Assembly (NCBI GenBank): GCA_038227435.1
Contig: JBBRPW010000001.1
Span: 9,632 to 73,631, forward strand
From: Minisyncoccia bacterium
GTDB taxonomy: Bacteria > Patescibacteriota > Minisyncoccia > Phycocordibacterales > CALRBL01
Reading direction: 5' to 3'
Length of the DNA: 64,000 bases
In this document: piece after piece, positions 10,252 to 19,679 of the stretch
Position numbering within the stretch: position 1 is the first letter of the stretch
How the letters are laid out: each line of letters begins with the position of its first letter
Notes under the pieces: generated by a model
What the model saw: the letters and a program-made list of their open reading frames with translations, nothing else
Told to the model about the DNA's origin: nothing
Database searches by the model: none
Translations under genes and position numbers: made by a program

Positions 10252-11169
10252 TTATTGCACCCTTTTAGACAGTAAGTATGCATCAGTTATATTTTGAAGT
10301 GCGATTTTATTATTTGTAATTAAAATAGTTTTTGAGTCTAAGAATACATATAAAAGAACAATATCAGTATTGCTCATTACCGCACGAACATCTCTATTTT
10401 TTATAACAATATCTTTAAAAAATGGGCTAAATGAATTTGTGTCAAAATATGGACCCAAATCTCTTAAAATGCTATTTTCCCACTCAAACATTCCAGCATA
10501 CGCTTGCTCATAAGAGTCGGTTTGTAAAACAATATAAGGGCTACTCGTAGACAATCCATTTTTAGTAAATCCTGCAAAATATGAGGGAGTTATGCTTCGA
10601 TACAAACTATTTGGAACCGAGGCTCCAATTTTTCCTAAAAATGCCTGTGCTGAAATTTCTGTTGAAGATGCTCCTCGAAGCGACAACTTATTAATTTGAA
10701 TTAAGCTTTGAAGATCAAAATCTTTTCTCGCGTTTTCAATATCTCTTAATATTTCTGTTGAAGTTTTTTTATCTACATCAAAAATATTGATAACCGAATT
10801 AGTTGCAATTACGGGCTTAGTAGTTTGAGGAAGTGCGGTTACTGGATTATTAGCACGATGTATAAAGTACCAAGTTCCGCCAGCTGCGATCAAAATACAG
10901 ATAACCGTAAGGGATATAAGAATAATACTTTTTGTTGTGGCAACACTGTTTTGCTGTTCAATATCTCCAATTCTATTTTCTCTGGCTTGTTCTGCTAACG
11001 CTATTTTAACAGCAGAAATATTATCCCGTTGAACAGCAACCGATACGTCGCTCTTATAGGTTTTAATATTTGGAAGGGGAATAGATAATTGTGCATCCAA
11101 AAAAGAATTCGATCCTAATTGATTTGAATCATCTCCCTTATTTTGTTTTTCATCTTTCAAAAAATCCAT
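10252..11169 (-). CDS. Hypothetical single-pass membrane protein.
   Basis: 305-aa ORF with one central TM helix. Confidence 0.5.
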   Translation of the reverse strand: MDFLKDEKQNKGDDSNQLGSNSFLDAQLSIPLPNIKTYKSDVSVAVQRDNISAVKIALAEQARENRIGDIEQQNSVATTKSIILISLTVICILIAAGGTWYFIHRANNPVTALPQTTKPVIATNSVINIFDVDKKTSTEILRDIENARKDFDLQSLIQINKLSLRGASSTEISAQAFLGKIGASVPNSLYRSITPSYFAGFTKNGLSTSSPYIVLQTDSYEQAYAGMFEWENSILRDLGPYFDTNSFSPFFKDIVIKNRDVRAVMSNTDIVLLYVFLDSKTILITNNKIALQNITDAYLLSKRVQ

Positions 11170-11173
11170 ATGT

Positions 11174-11842
11174 TTATTCTATATCATCATCGTCCCCTAC
11201 ATTCATTTTACTTTGTTCTGTTACTTCAATAATTTTTTTAGCCAAATCATTTTCTTTGCTGTCAGCTTTCGACATTCTTCGTTTTACTCTTCGTCCAGTA
11301 TGAGCTCCCCCATTGTCTCCTTTTCCATTTGCTTTATTTAACATTAAAAAAGTTTCAGGATCATCGCACATATCAATAAAATCGTCGGCAACCTCTTTAA
11401 GTTTTCCTGAAGATGATTTTCCAAATGCAATTACCTCAACTTGGCACCCTTCGTTAATTTTTAAATATTCTACAAGCGGAATAAAGTCACCGTCTCCCGA
11501 TGCAATAATTATCGTATCGAGTTTAGGAGCAAGTGTAATGGCATCAACTGCAAGCCCCACGTCCCAATCAGCTTTTTTAGCGCCACCCATAAAAATTTGA
11601 AGATTTTTTGTTTTTGCTTCGATACCAAGTTTTCCTAATGCATCAAAAAAATTTTGCTCATCACCACTTTCGGTTGTAATTACGTAAGCGATTGCTCTAA
11701 TTAAGGCTCGATCCCCTAGTGCCTCTGCCAGTACTGCTCCAAAGTTAACTCGTGCATGATATAGGTTTTTAGCACTGTGATAGAGATTTTGAGTATCGAT
11801 GAAAACACCTACTCGCTGCTCCTTGTGTTTAATAACTGTCAT
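11174..11842 (-). CDS. NYN-domain (LabA-like) protein.
   Basis: VGVFIDTQNLYHSAKNLYH ... IIASGDGDFIPLVEYL motifs of the NYN/LabA fold. Confidence 0.75.
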   Translation of the reverse strand: MTVIKHKEQRVGVFIDTQNLYHSAKNLYHARVNFGAVLAEALGDRALIRAIAYVITTESGDEQNFFDALGKLGIEAKTKNLQIFMGGAKKADWDVGLAVDAITLAPKLDTIIIASGDGDFIPLVEYLKINEGCQVEVIAFGKSSSGKLKEVADDFIDMCDDPETFLMLNKANGKGDNGGAHTGRRVKRRMSKADSKENDLAKKIIEVTEQSKMNVGDDDDIE

Positions 11843-11985
11843 ATATTGTGTTTTTATCTTCTATAAATTCGAAAATAAAGTTTTTTGTTTAATATTAAAA
11901 TAATTACCCTGTTATGTCTTATCTATGTATTGAAATCGTATGTAAATCAGTTCTCCTTCTATTATGAAGTCTATTTATATAAACA

Positions 11986-12012
11986 CAATGCCTCCATGTG
12001 GAGGCAGAAAGT
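11986..12012 (-). terminator. Hairpin TGCCTCCAcatgTGGAGGCA downstream of rpsO.
   Basis: 8-bp GC-rich stem with a T-rich tail on the minus strand. Confidence 0.45.
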
Positions 12013-12074
12013 GTTATTTTAAAACGTTTCTCTGTCGAAATCTGGGAAAATTAGCTGAAATCCTTAAAAGGATA

Positions 12075-12344
12075 TTACTTTACTTTAAGATCAAGTGTCC
12101 CCATGAGCTTTTTATATCGCGCAGGAGCATTTTTCTTTAAGTATTTCATGTGAGTTTGACGGTCGGCTACTAATTGTAGTAATCCTCGTCGTGAACTATT
12201 ATCCTTCTGATTCTTCTTGAGATGCTTTGTTAATTCCTCAATTCGTTTAGTAAGAAGGCTAATTTGAACGTCCGCTGAACCCGTATCAGTGTCGTGAACT
12301 CGGGTATCTTTGATGACTTTAGCTTTTTTCGTTTTCGTTAACAT
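12075..12344 (-). CDS. rpsO: 30S ribosomal protein S15.
   Basis: THDTDTGSADVQISLLTKRIEELTKHLKKNQKDNSSRRGLLQLV matches the S15 signature. Confidence 0.9.
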   Translation of the reverse strand: MLTKTKKAKVIKDTRVHDTDTGSADVQISLLTKRIEELTKHLKKNQKDNSSRRGLLQLVADRQTHMKYLKKNAPARYKKLMGTLDLKVK

Positions 12345-12350
12345 GGTAGG

Positions 12351-13412
12351 ATGACAATATCACGAAAGCTTAACTTTAGCAAGATGGCTGAATCTTCCCC
12401 CATTCATACATTAAAACGTCAATTTTTAGAGCATATTGAAATTGAAAAAGGCCGTAGCTTAAAGACGGTTATTAATTATGAGCGCTATCTTAATAGGTTT
12501 ATTGAGCATTCTCAAATTAAAGACCCTAAACAAATCACAGAAGAATTAGTTCGAACATACCGCCTTTGGCTTAATCGTCAGCCAGTAAAAAGGCTTATAG
12601 GAGCACAAACTAAATCGGCTATTTTAAGCGCCGAAAGAGGAGAAACACTTAAAAAGCGAACTCAAAACTACTATTTGATTGCTCTTCGGGCTTTTTTGAA
12701 ATATTTAGCAAAGCGAAAGGTGCCAAGTTTAGCTCCTGAAAGCATAGAATTAGCGAAAGTAGCAGAACGAACGATTGATTTGATTTCAAGTCAGGAACTA
12801 CAACGTTTACTCGAAGCTCCTATGTCGGAAAGCAATCAAGAACGAAAGTTCCGTGATAAGGCTATGCTCGAAATGTTTTTTTCAACCGGACTTCGAGTTT
12901 CAGAACTTTGCGCACTTAATCGCGATATTGATTTAAGCAAAGACGAGCTTAGTGTTCGTGGTAAAGGCGACAAAGTAAGGCTTGTTTTCATATCCGAAGA
13001 CGCAAAAAAAGCATTAAAAGATTATTTGTACATAAGAAAAGACCTGGAAGACGCATTGTTTGCACAAATTAAAGCTGAAAAGGGGGAAACAGCTGCAAAA
13101 AAAGGGAAATCAACAAAAATAACTAAAGACCCCATACAACTAAAGGGTAAAAGAGGACGACTCACTTCCCGATCGGTTGAGCGAATCATTAAAAAGTATG
13201 CAATTAAGGCTGGAATAATAAAAAAAGTGACGCCGCACGTCATCCGTCACAGTTTTGCAACCGATTTGCTTTCAAATGGTGCTGATTTGCGTTCCGTTCA
13301 AGTTTTACTCGGCCACGCAAACATTACTACTACTCAAATTTATACCCACGTAACAGACATCCATCTAAAGGAGATCCATAAAAAATTTCATGGAAAGCGG
13401 GGCAATAGATAG
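12351..13412 (+). CDS. xerC: Tyrosine site-specific recombinase, XerC/XerD-like (carries a Lys-rich internal insertion).
   Basis: C-terminal catalytic box HVIRHSFATDLLSNGADLRSVQVLLGHANITTTQIYTHV. N-terminal SAM-like domain. Confidence 0.85.
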   Translation: MTISRKLNFSKMAESSPIHTLKRQFLEHIEIEKGRSLKTVINYERYLNRFIEHSQIKDPKQITEELVRTYRLWLNRQPVKRLIGAQTKSAILSAERGETLKKRTQNYYLIALRAFLKYLAKRKVPSLAPESIELAKVAERTIDLISSQELQRLLEAPMSESNQERKFRDKAMLEMFFSTGLRVSELCALNRDIDLSKDELSVRGKGDKVRLVFISEDAKKALKDYLYIRKDLEDALFAQIKAEKGETAAKKGKSTKITKDPIQLKGKRGRLTSRSVERIIKKYAIKAGIIKKVTPHVIRHSFATDLLSNGADLRSVQVLLGHANITTTQIYTHVTDIHLKEIHKKFHGKRGNR

Positions 13413-13467
13413 TTTTTAAATTTTCCATAAAGAAACTCTAAAGTTTCGGGTATGATACAATTTTTCA

Positions 13468-14244
13468 ATGAAACTTATATCTTGGAACGTAAATGGTGTC
13501 CGTGCATGGCTTAAAAAAGATTGTGCAACATGGTTTAATGAACAAAGTCCAGATTTTTTTTGTATTCAGGAAACAAAAGCACACCCCGATCAAATTCCCG
13601 AAGAATTTAAGAATTCTAAAGGCTATTTTTCATATTTTGAGCATTCAAAAGGAAGAAAAGGATACAGTGGAGTTGGAATTTTAACTAAACACAAACCCTT
13701 AAAGGTGGTTGATGCTCTTGGAGTTCCCGAACTCGATCAAGAAGGCAGATTTCTAGCCTTATTTTATAAAGATACAATTATTATAAACACATACTTTCCA
13801 AATGGAGGTGGAGGTCCTATCCGTCTTGAATTCAAAATGGCTTATTACAAGGCTTTTTTAAAGTTTATTAATTTGAATCGTAAAAAAGGCTATTCAATTA
13901 TTTTTTGTGGAGACATTAACACTGCTCACAATGAGATCGATCTTGCTCGTCCAAAAGAAAACGAAAAAAATACTGGATTCTTACCTGAAGAACGAGCATG
14001 GCTTGATGACGTAATAAAAAATAAATTTATCGACACATTTAGGGATAAATACCCTACTCTAAAAGACGCATATACATATTGGGATATGAAAACATTTGCA
14101 CGTGATAGAAATGTTGGTTGGAGAATCGACTATTTTTTTGTGAGCGATAATTTAAAAGAAAAATTGACTGATGCATTTATTTGGAATGATGTGTATGGCT
14201 CAGATCACTGTCCTTTAGGGATCGATATTAAGATTACATTGTAA
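13468..14244 (+). CDS. xth: Exodeoxyribonuclease III (AP endonuclease).
   Basis: MKLISWNVNG...QETK...WRIDYFF...SDHCP signature of the Xth family. Confidence 0.9.
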   Translation: MKLISWNVNGVRAWLKKDCATWFNEQSPDFFCIQETKAHPDQIPEEFKNSKGYFSYFEHSKGRKGYSGVGILTKHKPLKVVDALGVPELDQEGRFLALFYKDTIIINTYFPNGGGGPIRLEFKMAYYKAFLKFINLNRKKGYSIIFCGDINTAHNEIDLARPKENEKNTGFLPEERAWLDDVIKNKFIDTFRDKYPTLKDAYTYWDMKTFARDRNVGWRIDYFFVSDNLKEKLTDAFIWNDVYGSDHCPLGIDIKITL

Positions 14245-14290
14245 TGTCTTTTACGAGGAGAAAATTCAAATAAAATTGTATAAAAGACAG

Positions 14291-14299
14291 TTATCCACA
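14291..14299 (+). promoter_or_regulatory. Perfect DnaA-box 9-mer TTATCCACA in a 415-nt AT-rich intergenic region.
   Basis: Exact match to the consensus DnaA box. An adjacent inverted repeat reads TGTCCTT...AAGGACA. Confidence 0.3.
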
Positions 14300-14659
14300 A
14301 TGTGTCCTTTACAATCTATTAAGGACATATAGAATAAAGGACAGATCAGATGACGCGCGATGTGCCCCGCAAATTGTCTACAGTTCATTCCATTTTTTGT
14401 TGGTGTCGGTTGATAATTAATATGAAGACTACGCAATCAAAAAGCTGACCGAGAATAACTTACGCGCAAGCGAAAAACCCAATACTTTTTTTAAAGTTAA
14501 TTCTCCTCACGGCTTTAGTTGTGTCGTCTCACTGCAATCAGGCGTTCTCTTTTTTTTATGTTTGGGAGCGCCTTTTGCTTTTCCCAATAATTCCTTATTT
14601 TAATATTGTAAGTGACGCTTCTTTTCTTACAAATCCTGTAAGGTGCTTCTATATATAGC

Positions 14660-16231
14660 TTATTCGACAAAATGTTTATTTCGAATCTTTTTTATTTCTT
14701 CTTGGTTTAATTCATCCATTTTACTCTTCCCTACTAAAGACAAAGCTTTTAATACCTCTATATCTAAATTATTATATTTTTTTACTAGTTCTGATAAGTC
14801 TTTTTTATTATTTAGATGTGGATTTTCAATCACTTCGTTGAAAATAGCTTGAAGAATATAGCCAATTTTGGGTCCTGGGGCTATTTCGAAATCTTTCATT
14901 AAAGTATTTCCGTCAATTTTAAGCATCGATAAGTCAATAGGATCAAGTAGCGCCTCTTCTATCATTGCTTTATATTTCCTTAATCTATAGGGGTTTTCTT
15001 TTGGGCGACCTGTCCCTACCCTATCGCAGATTCTTAGGTTTATAAGGTCCCATATTAGATCTTTTCCAACATTTACGATAATTCTACGTACTGCAGAAAG
15101 TGTAATCGTTTCTGTATCCGAGAAAAACATATGCCACCGCACAAGTTTTATAACCTTGTCAGATGTTTCGTGAGAAACCTTTAAATCTTCCAAAATCCTT
15201 GTTACTAGGCGTGCTCCAACAACTTCGTGCCCATAAAATGTCCAATCATTGTTTTCACGTGAAAATATAGCTGTTTTAGGCTTACCTATGTCATGAAATA
15301 AGGCAGAAAGTCTCACATGTAACATAAATTCTTTATCAGCAGCACACTGAAGACTCCGTAACAGGTGCTCAAATACATCATATGAGTGTGCTTGGTTTTG
15401 CTTAACACCAACAGATTGTTCAATCTCTTTAGAGATATAACTCAAAATACCCAACTTATGAGCCATAAATAGGCCTTGTGAGGGGTTTTTTGACATAATA
15501 ATTTTAAGAAATTCATCTCTAATTCTTTCACGTGAAATTTTTTCAAGTATTTTTGATCTAATCTGGATAGAATCCTGAGTTTCCTGGTTAATCATGAAAC
15601 CGAGCTGGCATGCAAAGCGAATAGCTCTTAAAATTCTTAAACCATCCTCTGCAAATCTTTCGTCAGGATTACCAACGCTTCTAATGACTTTAGCCTTAAT
15701 ATCAGCCATTCCATCGAACAGATCAATAATCTGAGCCGTTTTAAGATCATAAGCTAAGGCGTTAATCGTGAAATCTCTTCGAGACAAGTCTTCGTTAATA
15801 GTATTAGCAAATACTATATTTTCTGGGTGCCTTCCATCTATATAGTTTGTTTCAGATCGATAAGGAGTAATTTGAACAAATTTTGTTGTTTCATCTGAAA
15901 TGTTTTCATGAATAACAGTTACGGTTCCAAATTTCTCTTCAACAAGAGTCTTTGGAAATAAAGAAGCGATCTGAGAGGGAAGAGCATTGGTCGTAATATC
16001 CCAATCTTTAGGAGTTAATCCCAAAAGTAGGTCTCTAACACAGCCACCAACAATAAAAGCCTCGTACCCGGCATTGTACAGCGCAAGGATAGTGTCCTTA
16101 ACAACTTCTGGTATGTTTGAGCCAATATTAATATTAGGGTTGTCCTTTATGCCTGTAGAAGGAATCATGAAGCAAAGTCTAGTATATATTTTGATTATTA
16201 TCCAATCTAGAGTATTATCGGTATCGGACAT
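14660..16231 (-). CDS. cca: CCA-adding enzyme / tRNA nucleotidyltransferase with a C-terminal HD domain. The start is moved to the internal ATG (MSDTDN...) because the longer ORF would overlap tRNA-Arg.
   Basis: IVGGCVRDLLLG...DWDITTN head-domain motif. The HD motif reads LFHDIGK. Confidence 0.85.
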   Translation of the reverse strand: MSDTDNTLDWIIIKIYTRLCFMIPSTGIKDNPNINIGSNIPEVVKDTILALYNAGYEAFIVGGCVRDLLLGLTPKDWDITTNALPSQIASLFPKTLVEEKFGTVTVIHENISDETTKFVQITPYRSETNYIDGRHPENIVFANTINEDLSRRDFTINALAYDLKTAQIIDLFDGMADIKAKVIRSVGNPDERFAEDGLRILRAIRFACQLGFMINQETQDSIQIRSKILEKISRERIRDEFLKIIMSKNPSQGLFMAHKLGILSYISKEIEQSVGVKQNQAHSYDVFEHLLRSLQCAADKEFMLHVRLSALFHDIGKPKTAIFSRENNDWTFYGHEVVGARLVTRILEDLKVSHETSDKVIKLVRWHMFFSDTETITLSAVRRIIVNVGKDLIWDLINLRICDRVGTGRPKENPYRLRKYKAMIEEALLDPIDLSMLKIDGNTLMKDFEIAPGPKIGYILQAIFNEVIENPHLNNKKDLSELVKKYNNLDIEVLKALSLVGKSKMDELNQEEIKKIRNKHFVE

Positions 16232-16251
16232 ATAACAATTAAAAACAATAC

Positions 16252-16326
16252 GCACCCGTGGTGAAATGGATATCACAACAGTCTTCGGAACTGTTTTTGT
16301 AGGTTCGAGTCCTGCCGGGTGCACCA
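16252..16326 (+). tRNA. tRNA-Arg (anticodon TCG), CCA encoded.
   Basis: Manual fold: acceptor GCACCCG/CGGGTGC, D stem GTGA/TCAC, anticodon stem ACAGT/ACTGT with loop CTTCGGA, T arm GTAGG-TTCGAGT-CCTGC, 3' ACCA. Confidence 0.85.
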
Positions 16327-16341
16327 GATAGGGTAGAGTGA

Positions 16342-16412
16342 GCGGGTATGGTTTAGTGGTAGAACACGTCCTTGCCAAGGACGAGTCGAGGGTTCGATTC
16401 CCTCTACCCGCA
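16342..16412 (+). tRNA. tRNA-Gly (anticodon GCC); CCA not encoded.
   Basis: Acceptor GCGGGTA/TACCCGC, anticodon stem CGTCC/GGACG with loop TTGCCAA, T arm AGGGTTCGATTCCCT. Confidence 0.85.
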
Positions 16413-16567
16413 CTAGGAACGAGTATAAAACAAAACGAAGTTTTGTTTTATCGAGTGACGACGTACGGGGAAGACTGGCTCTCCTGAGCCAGGCTTACAA
16501 GCACTAGGAGTTTGTCAAAGACAAACTCCTCAAAATCCCCTAAACTAACGGACCAATATAAGACAAC

Positions 16568-16576
16568 TGTGGATAA
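16568..16576 (-). promoter_or_regulatory. Perfect DnaA-box 9-mer (TGTGGATAA on the + strand).
   Basis: Exact reverse complement of TTATCCACA, lying between tRNA-Gly and the yraN-like gene. Confidence 0.3.
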
Positions 16577-16747
16577 CTACGGGGATATGTGCTTAAAAGA
16601 CATTCTAAATATCCTTATTCTTAGCCAAATGACTTTTATAATCGACATTAAGGAGCACTTTATAAAACATCATTTTTACCCATATATTTATACCTTTTTT
16701 ATAATTTCTTAATTAAAATTTTACGTATAGTATTCCAAAATCGATGA

Positions 16748-17188
16748 ATGAAATTAAAAGACATTGGTAGATATGGGGAAGCTGTCGCTAAATACTATTT
16801 TAAAAATAAGGGATATACATTCCTATCCGCAAACTTTCAAATAAGTGAAGGGGAGATTGATTTAATTTTTAAAAAAGACAATGAAATCGTTGCGATTGAA
16901 GTAAAGGCCTCAGTTATTCCTGGGAATAATGTTTTTAGTTATGAATACAGCCCAATTCAGAAAATAAATAGATTAAAACTTCATAAAATCAAAATTACAT
17001 TGTGTCACTTCATTAAAAAGCATCACCAATATAGATATTTCAACAAAAGGGTAGATTTGATAGGGGTTAGAATTCTTTCACGAGTATCCTCAGAAGATTT
17101 TAAGAATTTGAAAACTATAAGTGAGGCAATTAAGTTAAATCTCTTTAAAAACATCTTTATTACGCATATTCCCAATGTAATTTGGTAA
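16748..17188 (+). CDS. yraN: YraN/UPF0102-family predicted endonuclease.
   Basis: GRYGEAVAKYYFKNKGYTFLSANFQISEGEIDLIF...IVAIEVKA matches the UPF0102 core. Confidence 0.7.
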   Translation: MKLKDIGRYGEAVAKYYFKNKGYTFLSANFQISEGEIDLIFKKDNEIVAIEVKASVIPGNNVFSYEYSPIQKINRLKLHKIKITLCHFIKKHHQYRYFNKRVDLIGVRILSRVSSEDFKNLKTISEAIKLNLFKNIFITHIPNVIW

Positions 17189-17232
17189 AAATTTCATGGC
17201 TTTTTTGAATCATTATGCTATGCTCCTTGTAC

Positions 17233-17305
17233 CGGAGTGTAGTGTAACGGCTAACATTCTTGATTTGGGATCAAGCGACTCAGGGTTCGAATCCCTGCAC
17301 TCCGA
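17233..17305 (+). tRNA. tRNA-Pro (anticodon TGG).
   Basis: Acceptor CGGAGTG/CACTCCG, anticodon stem CTTGA/TCAAG with loop TTTGGGA, T arm CAGGGTTCGAATCCCTG. Confidence 0.85.
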
Positions 17306-17336
17306 CAAGTTTAAGTACTAATAAAGATTCAAAAAT

Positions 17337-17642
17337 ATGGCTTTCATTAAAAATGTGGAAGATTTTAAGTGTGAAAAATGTGGAACCGATATAAAAGGCG
17401 ATGGTTTCACTAACCATTGTCCTAATTGTTTATATAGTAAGCACGTCGACAACGATCCGGGGGATAGGAAAAATACATGTGGTGGCTTAATGAAGCCAAT
17501 TGCCTATATTAAAATGAAAGAGAAGGAAAAAATTACTCATCAATGTTTAGTTTGCGGCGAAGAGAAAAATAATAAAGTTTGCCTAAATGATAGTAGGGAA
17601 GCAATGGTTACTATGATTAAAAATGGAATTGAAGAGAATTAA
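17337..17642 (+). CDS. Small Cys-rich zinc-ribbon protein, RNHCP-domain-like.
   Basis: CEKCG...FTNHCPNCLYSKHVD...CGG...CLVCG; the xNHCP motif resembles the RNHCP family. Confidence 0.5.
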   Translation: MAFIKNVEDFKCEKCGTDIKGDGFTNHCPNCLYSKHVDNDPGDRKNTCGGLMKPIAYIKMKEKEKITHQCLVCGEEKNNKVCLNDSREAMVTMIKNGIEEN

Positions 17643-17709
17643 TTCCAAATAAAGCTCTGGATTGAAATATCTCTAGTATTTGCTACTATCTTCATACAAA
17701 CAAATAAAT

Positions 17710-17780
17710 GCGGGATTGGTTTAGTGGTAGAATGACTGCCTTCCAAGCAGTAGACAAGGGTTCGATTCCCTTATCCCGCA
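17710..17780 (+). tRNA. tRNA-Gly (anticodon TCC).
   Basis: Acceptor GCGGGAT/ATCCCGC, anticodon stem ACTGC/GCAGT with loop CTTCCAA, T arm AGGGTTCGATTCCCT. Confidence 0.85.
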
Positions 17781-17904
17781 CAAGACATGAACAGTTTGAG
17801 ACGGCTCGCTGTCTCAAACTAGTGAATGGCGCAGTGCGGGGCAATGTCCGCACTAGGAGTGAAACTCCTTCTCCTTCTTTCCATATTTTTTAATTTATTA
17901 AATA

Positions 17905-17940
17905 AAAAAACCGCTGAGTTTTTAGGCTCAACGGTTCTTG
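17905..17940. terminator. Bidirectional hairpin CCGCTGAG-TTTTTAG-GCTCAACGG flanked by A7 and a T run. It terminates the M16 gene (minus) and the tRNA side (plus).
   Basis: Inverted repeat with flanking homopolymer tracts. Confidence 0.5.
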
Positions 17941-17953
17941 TTTAGTTCAACAT

Positions 17954-19069
17954 TTAAGGACAAGTCATAAATGTGAACTGACGCTCTGAACTTAATAGGG
18001 AAGCGGCTTCCTCCATTTGCTCAAAGGTAATTTTGTGCAAATCATCCCATACTTCCTGTATGGAAATAATTCGTTGTATAGAAGAAAGATTACTTCCCAC
18101 GTTACCGGCAAGACTACTTCCTGAAAGATCAATCATCATACACATTTGCTTCAGTGACTTTAATTTTCGATCAAACAAATCTCGTCTAGATGGAACAGCC
18201 TCAATACAATTTCGAACCAGTTCGTTAATGTAGGGAGTGGCGCTCGGACTAACCGTTCCAATAATTTCGTACACGTACAAATCTTGATATCCCACGTAGT
18301 CTGTTCCAACACTGTAAGCAAGCCCACGACTTTCGCGAATCTCATCACGTAGAATTTTTTCGAGCACCGAATCAAATACTCTACGTGCCTGAGATGGAAA
18401 GTCATAAGGAAATGCCCACGTTGCTTTGTACTTTGTTTGATCAACCTTGTAGCTAACGTGATCAGAAAGTTTTACTGTCAGTGCATGCTCTTTCGGAATC
18501 GGAAGTTGTTTGAGAGGTTGGGGAATTTTAGTTCTATTACCATTTTTTCCCATTCCGAATGGACTCTTTACTAATTCAGAAATCATTTTATTTGTCTCAA
18601 GTCCTCCGATAACTACGAGACTAATGTTCGCAGGAACATAGTGTTTATCGTAAAATCTCTGTAGATCGACACCAGTTGTCGAAAGAAAACCTTCTGGCCG
18701 CCCAATTGGACGATTATATGTTTGAAGTCGATGTCCTTGAAACAATGCATTTCGAACAGACATATCCCACCCTAAGGCGTCGGGATTAGGGTATCGTCCG
18801 CTAAATTCTTGGAAAATAACCTTACGCTCGCGCTCAATATCTTTTTCAATTTCGCTCTCGAGGAGCATTGAGCCAAAAATTTCCAATGCTTGGCGGAATA
18901 TAGGAAGATTGGTAGGGACTGTGAATCTATACCTCGTAGATAGGTAGTTTGTGACTCCAAATTCAGCCCTACCACCACATGTTTCAAAAAACTCTTTTAC
19001 TTGGTCGAATTCCCAGTTGGGAATGTTCTGGCTGATTATGTGTTCCACGAAATGGGCAAGCCCTGGCAT
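17954..19069 (-). CDS. M16 (insulinase/pitrilysin) family zinc peptidase, HxxEH motif present. The N-terminal 18 codons lie upstream in the same frame beyond an in-frame TAA at 19151-19153 (see finding).
   Basis: GLAHFVEH inverted zinc-binding motif followed by ETCGGRAEFGVTNYLSTRY. Upstream in the same frame reads MYDPYTKFTKRVFPNGL-TAA-VHSVFWDRPWIGVEIVVHSGAREDPLE. Confidence 0.75.
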   Translation of the reverse strand: MPGLAHFVEHIISQNIPNWEFDQVKEFFETCGGRAEFGVTNYLSTRYRFTVPTNLPIFRQALEIFGSMLLESEIEKDIERERKVIFQEFSGRYPNPDALGWDMSVRNALFQGHRLQTYNRPIGRPEGFLSTTGVDLQRFYDKHYVPANISLVVIGGLETNKMISELVKSPFGMGKNGNRTKIPQPLKQLPIPKEHALTVKLSDHVSYKVDQTKYKATWAFPYDFPSQARRVFDSVLEKILRDEIRESRGLAYSVGTDYVGYQDLYVYEIIGTVSPSATPYINELVRNCIEAVPSRRDLFDRKLKSLKQMCMMIDLSGSSLAGNVGSNLSSIQRIISIQEVWDDLHKITFEQMEEAASLLSSERQFTFMTCP

Positions 19070-19296
19070 TTCGAGAGGATCTTCTCGCGCACCACTATGA
19101 ACAACGATTTCTACTCCAATCCAGGGACGATCCCAGAATACGGAATGGACTTAGAGTCCGTTTGGAAAAACACGCTTCGTAAATTTTGTATACGGGTCGT
19201 ACATTTTTTGTCCTTTCTTGTGAATGTGCTTAGTTGTCTGAAATTCTCACAAACAATGACACATTTATTGTATGTTGGCAATTTTAAAACAAAAAA

Positions 19297-19330
19297 GACT
19301 CCACCTTATGGAGTCTTTTTTGTTATTACC
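19297..19330. terminator. Bidirectional terminator AAAAAAGACTCCAccttaTGGAGTCTTTTTTT between the M16 peptidase gene and hup.
   Basis: 8-bp perfect stem flanked by A6 and T7 runs. Confidence 0.6.
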
Positions 19331-19406
19331 AGAGCTACGCTCATCTGTAATTTTACTAGGATTTTAGTGCGTTATTTGCCTAATAAATGCCCTTTACCTA
19401 ACGTTA

Positions 19407-19679
19407 TTATTTAACTGCGTCTTTCAAAGCCTTTGCAGCTCGGAATTTTGGAACTCGCATAGCTGCAACTTGAATTGATTCTCCTGTTCGAGGGTTTCGA
19501 GCTGTTCTTGCTGCTCGCTGTTTAGCTGAGAAGATTCCCAATCCTGCGACTGAAACCTCTTCTCCCTTCTTTAGAGTCGAAACAATTGAATCAACTAGAA
19601 GATCTACTACTTGTTCAGCTTGAACTTTTGTACTTCCTAGTAGGCCGTGAACTGCTTCAACTAAATCTGCTTTATTCAT
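19407..19679 (-). CDS. hup: DNA-binding protein HU.
   Basis: MNKADLVEAV...RNPRTGESIQV...PKFRAAKALKDAV matches the HU/IHF fold. Confidence 0.9.
   Translation of the reverse strand: MNKADLVEAVHGLLGSTKVQAEQVVDLLVDSIVSTLKKGEEVSVAGLGIFSAKQRAARTARNPRTGESIQVAAMRVPKFRAAKALKDAVK

Noticed and set aside
14245-14660. oriC candidate (AT-rich 415-nt intergenic region with a DnaA box)
   Set aside because: There is only a single perfect box, no cluster of degenerate boxes and no dnaA/dnaN nearby. It is reported as a regulatory site only.
16232-16378. N-terminal 49 codons of the 572-aa ORF 14660..16378 (MARTCSTTKPYPLTL...)
   Set aside because: This part exactly overlies tRNA-Arg and part of tRNA-Gly on the opposite strand. 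The CCA-enzyme homology starts only after the internal Met, so the start was moved to 16231.
16460-16510. tRNA-like anticodon arm CTGGC-TCTCCTGA-GCCAG (would be Arg-CCU)
   Set aside because: The flanks do not form a D arm or a canonical T arm (GGAGTTTGTC-AAA-GACAAACTCC is a 10-bp hairpin, not a T loop). It is probably a terminator/processing hairpin pair, not a tRNA.
17708-17893. 61-aa ORF on the + strand
   Set aside because: It overlaps tRNA-Gly(TCC) and the downstream hairpins; a translated tRNA sequence is spurious.
19001-19414. 137-aa + strand ORF
   Set aside because: It is the mirror frame of the M16 peptidase N-terminal region and the intergenic terminator, with no independent support.
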